Shown one piece after another: positions 29,462 to 38,949 of a DNA stretch of 64,000 nt. Positions within the stretch are counted from its first letter, which is position 1, and each line of letters opens with the position of its first letter. This DNA comes from Pseudofulvibacter geojedonensis (GTDB lineage Bacteria; Bacteroidota; Bacteroidia; Flavobacteriales; Flavobacteriaceae). The stretch covers positions 96,563 through 160,562 of the forward strand of contig NZ_JBHTJM010000002.1 of assembly GCF_042675745.1 (NCBI RefSeq), read 5' to 3'. The notes beneath the pieces are model-generated. The model was not told the origin of the DNA and searched no databases. It worked only from the letters and a program-made list of their open reading frames with translations. The position numbers and the translations under genes are program-made.

Positions 29462-30187
29462 ATGAATATTTTTAGAAGACTATTTAGAATAGGGAAAGCA
29501 GAAGCTAATTCTGCTATAGATAAAATGGAAGATCCCATTAAAATGACTGAACAAGGTATTAGAGATATGAAAGAAGACCTTGATAAGAGCTTAGAAGCTT
29601 TAGCACAAGTAAAAGCTATGGCTATTAGAGCTAATAACGAAAAAGAAGAGTATGCTTCTAAAGCAGAAGATTATCAAAATAAAGCAATGTTAATCTTAAA
29701 GAAAGCACAAGCTGGAGATTTAGATATAGCTGAAGGAGATCGTCTAGCTAAAGAGGCTTTAATTAAAAAAGAAGAAGCTAGTACTCATGTTGAAAGAGCT
29801 AAGGGAGAAGCAGAAAAATTTAACAAATCGGTTGCTCAATTAGAAAAGAATGTTTCTGATATCAAATCAAGCATTAGCAAGTGGGAAAACGAATTAAGAA
29901 CCCTTAAAGCTCGTGTAAAGGTTGCAGATGCAACTAAAAATGTAAACAAGCAAATGGCAGAGATTGATAGTTCTAGTACTGTTTCTATGTTAGAACGTAT
30001 GAAAGAGAAAGTAACTCAGAGTGAAGCCTTAGCTGAAGCTTACGGGGATATAGCAAATGAGTCTAAAAGCATAGACGAAGAACTAGATGCTGTTGTAGAT
30101 ACTACAGAAGCAAATGCCTTAAGCGATTTAGAAAAACTAAAAGAGCAATTAGGCATGACTGATAAAGGAGATTCTAAAGAATCTTAA
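29462..30187 (+). CDS. pspA: PspA/IM30 (Vipp1, ESCRT-III-like) phage-shock protein A
   Basis: The sequence MNIFRRLFRIGKAEANSAIDKMEDPIKMTEQGIRDMKEDL... is the canonical PspA N-terminus, and the 241-aa protein is coiled-coil throughout. Confidence 0.9.
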   Translation: MNIFRRLFRIGKAEANSAIDKMEDPIKMTEQGIRDMKEDLDKSLEALAQVKAMAIRANNEKEEYASKAEDYQNKAMLILKKAQAGDLDIAEGDRLAKEALIKKEEASTHVERAKGEAEKFNKSVAQLEKNVSDIKSSISKWENELRTLKARVKVADATKNVNKQMAEIDSSSTVSMLERMKEKVTQSEALAEAYGDIANESKSIDEELDAVVDTTEANALSDLEKLKEQLGMTDKGDSKES

Positions 30188-30216
30188 AACAAATAACTTA
30201 AACTAACTAATAATAC

Positions 30217-30939
30217 ATGAACGGACTAACTGACATATTTTTTTCCTCGGTTAATATGCCTTTAACCATTCTACTAATCATCCTATTTTTATATTGGATA
30301 TTAACTATGATGTCGGGTTTAGATTTCGATTTAGACTTTGACGTTGAAGTAGATGTGGATATTGACACTGATATAGATATAGACACCGACACAGCTTTAG
30401 ATTCAGGTAATGTATCTTTTGATGATTTTGCAAATGCAGAGGTGAAAAAAGAAGACATCTTACCAAATAGAAAAAGAGATTTAAAGTGGTGGCAGATTGT
30501 ATTGGTATACTTCAATTTTGTTGAATTACCATTTATGTTCACTTTCACTTTTTGGATTTTATGCTGGTGGTTTTTAACCGTGTTTTTTACAAATTTCACT
30601 CATAGTTATGATAATAGTTTTGGATTCATAATATTCTTCATAGCTATTATACCATCATTAATTCTAACAAAAATATTAACAAGTCCTTTTAAAAGGTTCT
30701 TTAAAAATTTTAGTAAGAAAGGAGAAGAATCATTAGACTTATTAGGGAGAAGAGGAGTTCTTATATCTAACCTTTCTGGCGACAAATTAGGATCAATGAA
30801 ATTAATTGTAGATTCTAGTCCAATTAATGTTTACTGTAAATCTCTTAACGGGGAAAAAATCAACTCAGGTCAGGAAGTTTTGATTATAAAAGAATCATCT
30901 GATAAAAAATATTATTTTATTCAATCATATAAAAATTAA
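30217..30939 (+). CDS. NfeD-like membrane protein (acidic DxD repeat, TM region, C-terminal OB-fold) partner of the flotillin
   Basis: It has N-terminal and central TMs and a C-terminal beta-barrel-like segment (GRRGVLISNLSGDKLGSMKLIVDSSPINVYCKSLNGEKINSGQEVLIIKES). It is encoded 8 nt upstream of the flotillin gene. Confidence 0.5.
   Translation: MNGLTDIFFSSVNMPLTILLIILFLYWILTMMSGLDFDLDFDVEVDVDIDTDIDIDTDTALDSGNVSFDDFANAEVKKEDILPNRKRDLKWWQIVLVYFNFVELPFMFTFTFWILCWWFLTVFFTNFTHSYDNSFGFIIFFIAIIPSLILTKILTSPFKRFFKNFSKKGEESLDLLGRRGVLISNLSGDKLGSMKLIVDSSPINVYCKSLNGEKINSGQEVLIIKESSDKKYYFIQSYKN
30322..30405. repeat. GAT/GAC-rich low-complexity tract encoding (D-x)n DFDLDFDVEVDVDIDTDIDIDTDTALD in the NfeD-like protein
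   Basis: The tract is a direct triplet repeat. The antisense frame yields a spurious SISISVSIS ORF. Confidence 0.75.
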
Positions 30940-30946
30940 CTAATTT

Positions 30947-33055
30947 ATGGACACACTAAGTACAGGAGCACAAATAGCAATTTTCGCAGTTGTTGGTGTT
31001 ATCTTTTTATTCATTGTTTTCATTGCAATTATTGCAATGTTTTACAAAAAAATTGCTCAAGGTCAAGCCTTAGTAAAGACTGGTTTTGGAGGTACAGCAG
31101 TAGCTTTCGACAAAGGTATGTATGTTATACCTGTTTTACACAAAGTAGAAATCATGGATATTTCTGTTAAAAAAATAGAAATTGAGCGTATTGGTTCTGA
31201 TGGTTTAATATGTAAAGACAACATGAGAGCGGATATTAAAGTAGCTTTCTTTGTTCGTGTTAATAAATCTAAAGATGCTATTATCGAAGTTGCTCAGACT
31301 ATTGGCTGTGAAAGAGCTTCATATATAGACACTCTTAATGAATTATTTGAAGCAAAATTCTCAGAAGGTTTAAAAACTGTAGGAAAACAATTTGAATTTA
31401 TTGAATTATATGAATCTCGCAGTGAATTTAGAGATAAAATTATTTCAGAAATAGGTCGAGATTTAAATGGATATACACTAGAAGATTGTGCTATTGATTA
31501 TTTAGAACAAACAGATGTAAACCATTTAAAATCTGATAATATTCTAGATTCTGAAGGTATCAAGAAAATTACTGAATTAACTGCTGCACAAAACATAAAA
31601 TCTAACTTAATTAAGCGTGACGAAGAGAAAACCATTCGTAAGCAAGATGTAGAAGCACGAGAAGCCATTTTAGAGTTAGACAAGCAATTAGCAGAGAAAG
31701 AAGAACAGCAAAAACGTGAGATTGCAAATATTGTATCTCGTGAAGAAGCAGAAACTTTAAAAGTTGCTGAAGAAGAGCGATTAAAGTCTGAAACGGCTAG
31801 AATAGCAACTGAAGAAAAATTACAAATTGCTGAAGAAAACAAACAACGTCAGGTAATTGTTGCAGCTAAAAACAAAGAACGTACTGATGCTGTTGAAACA
31901 GAAAGAGTAATTAAAGACCGTGATTTAGAAGCTACAGAACGTGAAAGAATTGTAACACTTGCTCAAATTGATAAAGAGAAAGCTGTAGAGGTTGAGAAGA
32001 AAAACATTCAAGATGTTATTCGTGATAGAGTAATGCTAGAAAAAGGTGTTGTTGAAGAGCAGGAAAACATGAAAGATATTGAGGCATTTAAAGGTGCCGA
32101 TCGTGAAAAGCAAGTAGCCATTACCTTAGCTGAAAAATCTGCTCAAGAGCAATTAATTAAGCGTATTAAATTAGCGGAGGCTGAAAAAGAAGCAGCTAAG
32201 CAAAAAGCCGAAGAAATTAATATTCATGCTCAAGCACAGAAAGAAGCATCTGTTAAAGAAGCAGAAGCTCGTAAAATCTTAGCAGAAGCACAAGCAAAAG
32301 AAGAAGCTACTCTAGGTATGTCTGAGGCTCAAGTAATGCATGCTAAAGCTGAAGCTAGTGAAAAGCAAGGTTTGGTTGAAGCTACTATTATAGAAAAAAC
32401 TGCTATTGCTGAAGCAGCTGGAATTGAAGCAAAAGCAGAAGCTATTAAACTTCAAGGAATTGCAGAAGCTGAAGTAATTAAAGAAAAAGCATTAGCACAA
32501 GCTAGCGGAGATAAAGAAATTGCATTTGCTGAAGCAGCTGGAATTGAAGAGAAAGCAGAAGCTATGAAGAAACTTGATGGTGTAGGTAAAGAACACGAAG
32601 AGTTTAAGTTAAAGCTTGATAAAGAATTACAAGTAGACTTAGCAGAAATCAATATCCAGAAAGATATTGCAGATGCTCAAGCAGATGTAATTGGAGAAGC
32701 GTTAAAAGCGTCTAATATCGATATTGTTGGTGGTGAGACAATGTTCTTCGATCAGATTATTGGTCAGATTACCAAGTCTAAAGGAATTGACAGGTTAGTG
32801 AACCATTCAGATAACATTACTCAAGTTAAAGACGCTATTTTAGGTAGCGATGATGTAAAAGGTAATTTATTAGACAAAATAAAAGACTTTGCAACTGAAT
32901 ATGGTATTGGATCTGAAGATATCAAAAACCTAACCATATCTAAACTATTATTAGACTTACAAGCTAAAGCTAGCTCTACAGATGAACAAAACACTTTTGG
33001 TAATCTGTTCAACCTAGCAAAAGCCTTAGGATTATCAGATAAGAAATTGAAGTAA
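30947..33055 (+). CDS. Flotillin-like SPFH/Band-7 protein (YqiK/FloT family) with a long EA-rich coiled-coil tail
   Basis: It has an N-terminal TM, an SPFH domain (GQALVKTGFGGTAVAFDKGMYVIPVLHKVEIMDISVKKIEIER...) and extended E/A/K-rich flotillin repeats (AEAAGIEAKAEAIKLQGIAEAEV...). Confidence 0.85.
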   Translation: MDTLSTGAQIAIFAVVGVIFLFIVFIAIIAMFYKKIAQGQALVKTGFGGTAVAFDKGMYVIPVLHKVEIMDISVKKIEIERIGSDGLICKDNMRADIKVAFFVRVNKSKDAIIEVAQTIGCERASYIDTLNELFEAKFSEGLKTVGKQFEFIELYESRSEFRDKIISEIGRDLNGYTLEDCAIDYLEQTDVNHLKSDNILDSEGIKKITELTAAQNIKSNLIKRDEEKTIRKQDVEAREAILELDKQLAEKEEQQKREIANIVSREEAETLKVAEEERLKSETARIATEEKLQIAEENKQRQVIVAAKNKERTDAVETERVIKDRDLEATERERIVTLAQIDKEKAVEVEKKNIQDVIRDRVMLEKGVVEEQENMKDIEAFKGADREKQVAITLAEKSAQEQLIKRIKLAEAEKEAAKQKAEEINIHAQAQKEASVKEAEARKILAEAQAKEEATLGMSEAQVMHAKAEASEKQGLVEATIIEKTAIAEAAGIEAKAEAIKLQGIAEAEVIKEKALAQASGDKEIAFAEAAGIEEKAEAMKKLDGVGKEHEEFKLKLDKELQVDLAEINIQKDIADAQADVIGEALKASNIDIVGGETMFFDQIIGQITKSKGIDRLVNHSDNITQVKDAILGSDDVKGNLLDKIKDFATEYGIGSEDIKNLTISKLLLDLQAKASSTDEQNTFGNLFNLAKALGLSDKKLK

Positions 33056-33073
33056 TTCAACTTCGTCAAAAAA

Positions 33074-33099
33074 GCTCAGTATGAATATTCATACTGAGC
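33074..33099 (+). terminator. Perfect palindrome GCTCAGTATGAAtaTTCATACTGAGC downstream of the flotillin gene (terminator-like hairpin or operator)
   Basis: It is a 12-bp perfect inverted repeat with no following U-tract, separating flotillin from the downstream operon. Confidence 0.4.
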
Positions 33100-33187
33100 A
33101 ACAGACGGAGATTTAATAAGAACTAACCGGTTGTTCTCTCCTACTTCTCTTTCGTTACTATTATTAACCTTATTAACTTAAAGAATT

Positions 33188-33469
33188 ATGGGATTTGCAC
33201 AATTCATGGTTAGCTCTATTAAGAGTAATAACCGTAGACAACAACGTGTACAATTTGATAAAGAAGACATATTAAATAGCTATACTAAAAACAAAACTAA
33301 ACCTGTTTTTAAGAAAGCAAGTCAAGAACAACTTTTGAAAATTAGAAAGCGTTTACAAAAGAGTAATCAAGTCTATCAACAAAAATTAATTGGATATACT
33401 TTTTTATCAGTCGTATTCATTGGTACGATAATCTATTATTTTAATGAAATTATTTCATTTATATTTTAA
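33188..33469 (+). CDS. Small tail-anchored membrane protein (basic N-terminus, single C-terminal TM)
   Basis: It is 93 aa, and its stop lies 3 nt before the start of the giant ATPase gene, indicating translational coupling. Confidence 0.55.
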   Translation: MGFAQFMVSSIKSNNRRQQRVQFDKEDILNSYTKNKTKPVFKKASQEQLLKIRKRLQKSNQVYQQKLIGYTFLSVVFIGTIIYYFNEIISFIF

Positions 33470-33472
33470 TAA

Positions 33473-36400
33473 ATGCAAGAAGAAAACAACCAACATACTA
33501 ACCAATTAGAAGGCGGAACTTACGAGATTATTCAATCGCGTCTTCAAAAACATAAACAAGATTTAGTAGAGCGTTTACAGAAACTAAATACTTCTAGAAA
33601 AGATGTTTTTGGAGCTGTAGAAACCAAACTAATTGCTAACGATAGAATTAATACAGAAAACACTTGTATTGCTAGAGATATTGTGGCATTGGGTACAGCT
33701 TGTTTATTTGGCTATAACGTTCATTTTGGACTTCGTACAGAAATTAAACTTTCTGATGTATTTAGCCAATATACTTTTCAAGATCAAAGTTTTCACCAGC
33801 AAGAGCTAACCTTAATAAACGACGATATATTCTTAAACGATTTTCAAAATCTATATAAATACTATCGTAACACCTTTTTTGCTAAGTTTAACCTTATTGG
33901 TAATTACCTATACATGGTCTTTCAAATAAGCGAAAACACTACCGATATTAAAACCTTTAAGTGGTTAATTAAGGATAATACTTTGGTTTATATAGATAAC
34001 CGTAGTGATCATGAATACAAGTTTCCTACTCAACATGAATTCCGTTGGCAAGAAACCAATTATGATAATCATCGTAACGGAGCTCATCCGCATGTATCTA
34101 TACTAGACAAAATATTTGTAGAAACCATTGGTGGAGACTTAACCATAAAAGTTGAAGATAATACAGATGAAGGAAAAGGTATTTTAAATGAACCTGTAGA
34201 ACATAGAGACCAAACCTTAGAAGATGGTAAATTTCTATACGCAGACTTAGGTAACCTAACTGTTTTAAGTATTACACCTTACCAGGAAACGGCTCGTTAT
34301 TTTGTATATAACCACAAAGTACAACAAGTAGAACGTATACAAAGTATAGAAGATACCGCTGTACTCCTACCCGATAATCACGGATTAATTTTTCCAGATG
34401 GTTACTACTTACAAACTGGTGAATTTAAGAAGTTTGAAAAGAGTATTGAGCAAGTAAAATTCCAGAAAAAAGTTGCCTCTCCTAATGGTGAAGATTACTT
34501 GTACGTTTTTTACGAAGAAGGTAAAGGAGATTATGTGTTAATGACTTATAACATCATTGAACAAACCATTAACACACCTATTATATGTAACGGTTACACT
34601 GTTTTAGAAAATGGGGAGTTATGCTACTTTAAATCTGAAGATGATTCTACCAAACATCATGTTGTTCAGATTTGGCAAACACCTTTTTCAAAAACGGTTC
34701 AAACCAACACTGCTCATAACGATTCTTTAATCTATAAAATAGGTAATAAAGATATTGTAAAAGCAATGGCAGAATGCCAAGAGTTAATTACGCTTTTAAA
34801 TAAAGAAGATAATTACGATGGCCTTTACGATGATATTAGTAAACAAGCTACTGATGTTTTAGATTCTTATTATTGGATTAATGAACCCGACACTTCAAAC
34901 TTAAACATTCCATTAGCAGAACTAAAATCTACTGCTAATGCAGCTATTGATGAGTTTGAAAAAGTAGTACAGTTAAAAAAAGCGGCTACTCAAGCTACTC
35001 AAGAAGTAGAGCAAGATATAAAAGACTTATTCGATAAGATTAAGCACAGTAGTTTTAAATCTATTGACGATTTTGTTGAAGTACTTACTAGATTACGTGG
35101 AGCACAAGGAGCTACCATTAGTTTAAAAGATATTCGTTATACCAATGCTACTCGTATAGAAGAGTTATCAGCTGAAATTAGCGAACAAACTGAGCGTATT
35201 TCAAGAAGATGTGTTAGTTTTCTATTAGATGAAAAAGCGCTTCTACCCTATCATAATAGATTAGAAGAAAAAGTTACTGCTTTAGAAAACATAAAAAAGG
35301 TTGTTGAAGCCAAAGAGTTAGAAGAAGAAATCAATCAGATTAGTACCGATTTAGAAATGCTAATTGACATTGTAAACAATCTTCAGATAGAAGATACTTC
35401 GCACTCTACAGCTATCATAGATACTATTTCGTTGCTTTTTGCAGAGATTAATCAGTTAAAAGCTGGTTTAAAGCGTAAAGCCAAAAGTTTAAACGAATCA
35501 GAAAGTAAAGCAGATTTTATTGCTCAGCTGAAATTATTTGATCAAAGTATTATCAACTTTATAGATATTGCTAATACGCCTGAAAAATGTGATGAATACT
35601 TAACCAAATTATCGGTTCAGTTAGAAGAGTTAGAAGGGAAATTTGCAGATTTTGATGAGTATATTACTCAAATTATCGAAAAGCGTGAAGAAGTTTACGC
35701 GGCTTTTGAAACACGTAAAAATGCATTGGTAGAAGCTAAGAATAAGAAAGCTATTACCCTACAGAATGCAGCCCAACGAATTTTAGGAAGCATATCTAAA
35801 AAAGCAGCTACCTTTAATAATGCTGAGGAAATTAACGGATATTTTGCTTCCGACTTAATGGTTAGCAAAATTCAAAGTATCATTCAACAGTTAAAAGATA
35901 TTGATGAAGTTGGTAAAGCAGAAACTTTAGAGTCTAACCTAAAAACATCTAAAGAAGAGACCGTACGTAAGCTAAAAGATAAATTAGACTTATATGAAGA
36001 CGGTGATAATGTTATTAAACTAGGTAAGCACAAGTTTGGTGTAAACAAACAACCTTTAGATTTAAACATAGTTGCTAAAAATGATGCACTTTATTTCCAT
36101 TTAACCGGTACGGATTTCTATGAAAAAATAGAGAATGACATTTTAAATACTTCACAACATATCTGGAATCAGGAATTAATTTCAGAAAATAATGAAGTAT
36201 ACCGTTCTGAATATCTAGCGTATAAAATTTATAAGGCTGAAGGTTTAAAAAAGCTATCACTTTTAAACGCCGATGATTTAACTACTTTAGTTAAAAAACA
36301 AAGTAGTGAAAACTATGCAGAAGGGTATGTAAAAGGAGTTCATGATGAAGATGCTTTAGCCTTATTAACTACTTTAATTAAAACCGAAGAAAATTTAGGT

Positions 36401-38338
36401 TTATTAAAATACAATCCAACAATTAGAGCTTATGCTCAATTGTTTTGGAATAGTTTAGAAACAGCAGATAAAGATGTCCTTAACAAACAAATAAAAGCCT
36501 CTGGAAGTGTATTAGCTTTATTTCCGGAGTCTAATGAGTTTGAATTTGTTATTGAATCTTTAGATAGTCAAATAACTAATTTCTTAGATACATGGAACCA
36601 TTCTAATGTATCTAGCAAAAGTATTGCAGAATATTTATTTCATGAATTAAATAGTGATGACAACTTTTGCATTAGTGCTCATGCTCTAGAATTAAAAGAA
36701 GCTTTTAAGGAGTATTTAAAAGTTAACAATGGTACAGCTTCTTTTCAGAATAGTTTACAATCAATAACTATTATAGAAGATAAAGTTTCTTTAGCTAAAC
36801 AATGGCTACAGTCTTTTATACAAAGTACTAACGATAATCGTTCTTTTTATAGTTACGAAACCATTGCACTTCTTTTATTTAACGGGCATGTAAACAAAAA
36901 GATAAACCATATCAATGCCATAGAAAACATTACTACTTTAAAAGGTAGTCATGGTGTAATTAAAGGGCATGACTATGAGTTTAACTATCACTTGTTTATT
37001 GAAAAATTAGAAAAATACAATAAGCAAGTAATTCAAGATTTTATAGCTTACAAAAAGGCTAAAAAAGAATTAACAGAGCAACAAAAACACACTTTAAAAT
37101 TAGAAGAGTTTAAACCTAAGGTATTATCATCTTTTGTTAGAAATAAATTAATTGATCAGGTTTATTTACCGCTGTTTGGAGATAACTTATCTAAACAATT
37201 AGGTACCGTAGGCGAAAATAAACGTACCGATCGTATGGGTATGTTATTACTAATTTCTCCACCTGGTTATGGTAAAACTACCTTAATGGAGTATATCTCT
37301 GAACGATTAGGATTGGTATTTATGAAAATAAACGGTCCGGCAATTGGTCATGAAATTACTTCGGTAGATCCTATGGCGGCAAACAACTCAGCAACTAAAC
37401 AAGAACTAGAAAAACTGAATCTTGCTTTTGAAATGGGAAACAATGTGATGTTATATTTAGACGATATTCAGCACTGTAATCCAGAGTTTTTACAGAAGTT
37501 TATTTCATTAGCCGATGGTCAGCGTAAAATTGAAGGTGTTTATAATGGGGTTACTAAAACCTACGATTTTAGAGATAAAAAGTTCTGTGTAATTATGGCG
37601 GGTAACCCATATACAGAAAGTGGAGATAAGTTTAGAATTCCAGACATGTTAGCTAACAGAGCTGACATATACAATCTAGGTGATGTAATTGGAGATTCGG
37701 CCGATCTATTTAAACTGAGTTTAATTGAAAATGCCTTAACATCAAACGATTTATTACGCCAATTAAGCAGTAAAAACTTTGATGACATTTATAGCATCAT
37801 TAACTACATAGAACAAGGTAGTGAAGGTACACTAGACTTAAAAGGAAACCACACTAAGCAAGAAGTTCAAGATTACATTTCTGTATTAGAGAAAGTATTA
37901 AGAGTACGTAACGATGTGTTAAGTGTAAACGAACAGTACATTAAGTCTGCTGCTATGGAAGATGCCTACAGAACAGAGCCGTCTTTTAAGTTACAAGGTT
38001 CGTATCGTGATATGAATAAGTTGGTAGCTAAGGTAGTTCCCATTATGAATGAAAAGGAATTAACTACACTGCTACTTTCACATTACGAAAGTGAATCGCA
38101 AACTTTAACCAGTGCTGCAGAAGCTAATTTATTAAAGTATAAAGAATTGGCTAATACCCTATCTGAAGAAGAACAACAACGTTGGGAAGCCATTAAAACT
38201 ACTTTTGTAAAGAATAACAAGCTAAAAGGTTTTGGGAGCCAAAACGAAATGGCTCAAGTATTAAGTCAGTTAATGCAATTCTCTGATAATTTAGAAGGAA
38301 TTAAAGAAGTGTTGGCAAAAGGGTTTGAAAAGGAATAA
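33473..38338 (+). CDS. Giant (1621 aa) coiled-coil protein with a C-terminal AAA_5/MoxR-class AAA+ ATPase domain
   Basis: It carries Walker A LLLISPPGYGKTTLMEYI, Walker B NVMLYLDDIQHCNPE and a sensor-1-like FCVIMAGNPYTE, with an arginine in FRIPDMLANRADIYNLGD. Upstream are a beta-rich globular region of about 350 aa and about 800 aa of heptad-rich helical sequence. Confidence 0.7.
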   Translation: MQEENNQHTNQLEGGTYEIIQSRLQKHKQDLVERLQKLNTSRKDVFGAVETKLIANDRINTENTCIARDIVALGTACLFGYNVHFGLRTEIKLSDVFSQYTFQDQSFHQQELTLINDDIFLNDFQNLYKYYRNTFFAKFNLIGNYLYMVFQISENTTDIKTFKWLIKDNTLVYIDNRSDHEYKFPTQHEFRWQETNYDNHRNGAHPHVSILDKIFVETIGGDLTIKVEDNTDEGKGILNEPVEHRDQTLEDGKFLYADLGNLTVLSITPYQETARYFVYNHKVQQVERIQSIEDTAVLLPDNHGLIFPDGYYLQTGEFKKFEKSIEQVKFQKKVASPNGEDYLYVFYEEGKGDYVLMTYNIIEQTINTPIICNGYTVLENGELCYFKSEDDSTKHHVVQIWQTPFSKTVQTNTAHNDSLIYKIGNKDIVKAMAECQELITLLNKEDNYDGLYDDISKQATDVLDSYYWINEPDTSNLNIPLAELKSTANAAIDEFEKVVQLKKAATQATQEVEQDIKDLFDKIKHSSFKSIDDFVEVLTRLRGAQGATISLKDIRYTNATRIEELSAEISEQTERISRRCVSFLLDEKALLPYHNRLEEKVTALENIKKVVEAKELEEEINQISTDLEMLIDIVNNLQIEDTSHSTAIIDTISLLFAEINQLKAGLKRKAKSLNESESKADFIAQLKLFDQSIINFIDIANTPEKCDEYLTKLSVQLEELEGKFADFDEYITQIIEKREEVYAAFETRKNALVEAKNKKAITLQNAAQRILGSISKKAATFNNAEEINGYFASDLMVSKIQSIIQQLKDIDEVGKAETLESNLKTSKEETVRKLKDKLDLYEDGDNVIKLGKHKFGVNKQPLDLNIVAKNDALYFHLTGTDFYEKIENDILNTSQHIWNQELISENNEVYRSEYLAYKIYKAEGLKKLSLLNADDLTTLVKKQSSENYAEGYVKGVHDEDALALLTTLIKTEENLGLLKYNPTIRAYAQLFWNSLETADKDVLNKQIKASGSVLALFPESNEFEFVIESLDSQITNFLDTWNHSNVSSKSIAEYLFHELNSDDNFCISAHALELKEAFKEYLKVNNGTASFQNSLQSITIIEDKVSLAKQWLQSFIQSTNDNRSFYSYETIALLLFNGHVNKKINHINAIENITTLKGSHGVIKGHDYEFNYHLFIEKLEKYNKQVIQDFIAYKKAKKELTEQQKHTLKLEEFKPKVLSSFVRNKLIDQVYLPLFGDNLSKQLGTVGENKRTDRMGMLLLISPPGYGKTTLMEYISERLGLVFMKINGPAIGHEITSVDPMAANNSATKQELEKLNLAFEMGNNVMLYLDDIQHCNPEFLQKFISLADGQRKIEGVYNGVTKTYDFRDKKFCVIMAGNPYTESGDKFRIPDMLANRADIYNLGDVIGDSADLFKLSLIENALTSNDLLRQLSSKNFDDIYSIINYIEQGSEGTLDLKGNHTKQEVQDYISVLEKVLRVRNDVLSVNEQYIKSAAMEDAYRTEPSFKLQGSYRDMNKLVAKVVPIMNEKELTTLLLSHYESESQTLTSAAEANLLKYKELANTLSEEEQQRWEAIKTTFVKNNKLKGFGSQNEMAQVLSQLMQFSDNLEGIKEVLAKGFEKE

Positions 38339-38949
38339 TGAAAAACCTTATCAAAAATGAACAAATCAAATTTAACTTTAATCCTTTTGGAGGATTAGAT
38401 GATGATGAAAATAATTTTGTTCTACAACCTGAAATAGATTTTAAAGAAGTTGAGGAGCTCTTAAAAGATAATTCTGCTATTACAATAGAATTGGTAGGAA
38501 GAAAAGGCAGAGGTAAAACCTCTCATTTAAGAGCTCTTTCAAACTACATTAAAGATTGTGAATTTATTCAGTTATCAACAACTAACAAGGCGTTTAGTAC
38601 TAATACCAAAAAGTCTATATATATTATAGATAGTATTCATCATTTAAAATTAACCAACCGTTTAAGTTTATGGAGACAAAAAAACAATTCATTTATTATC
38701 TCCACTCACATTAGTAAAAAGTTAGAATTTATAAGTACTGGTAGAAAATTTAAATCATATAAAATTGGTCAAAACTCTAAAGAAGATTTAAAACTTTTAA
38801 TTCAAAAAAGAATAGCTTTAGCTTCTAACATTAATAACTTTCATGATATAGATTTAAATAACACCTTTTTAGAAAATCTTTCTGCAAAACATAAGTCTGA
38901 TAAGCGAGCGATATTAACTAACCTTTATTCTTCATTTAAGCAAAAATGA
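38338..38949 (+). CDS. Mini P-loop NTPase (AAA+/DnaA-IstB-like Walker A GRKGRGKTSHL)
   Basis: It has Walker A VGRKGRGKTSHLRAL, Walker B-like IYIIDSIHHL and a sensor-like IISTHIS. It is 203 aa, and its start overlaps the giant gene's stop (TAATG). Confidence 0.6.
   Translation: MKNLIKNEQIKFNFNPFGGLDDDENNFVLQPEIDFKEVEELLKDNSAITIELVGRKGRGKTSHLRALSNYIKDCEFIQLSTTNKAFSTNTKKSIYIIDSIHHLKLTNRLSLWRQKNNSFIISTHISKKLEFISTGRKFKSYKIGQNSKEDLKLLIQKRIALASNINNFHDIDLNNTFLENLSAKHKSDKRAILTNLYSSFKQK

Noticed and set aside
30207-30599. A 130-aa minus-strand ORF containing SVSISISVSISTSTSTSKSKSKSK
   Set aside because: It is antisense to the NfeD-like gene, and its low-complexity run is simply the complement of the GAT/GAC Asp repeat. 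The plus-strand gene has coherent TM and OB-fold architecture, so this is an artefact ORF.
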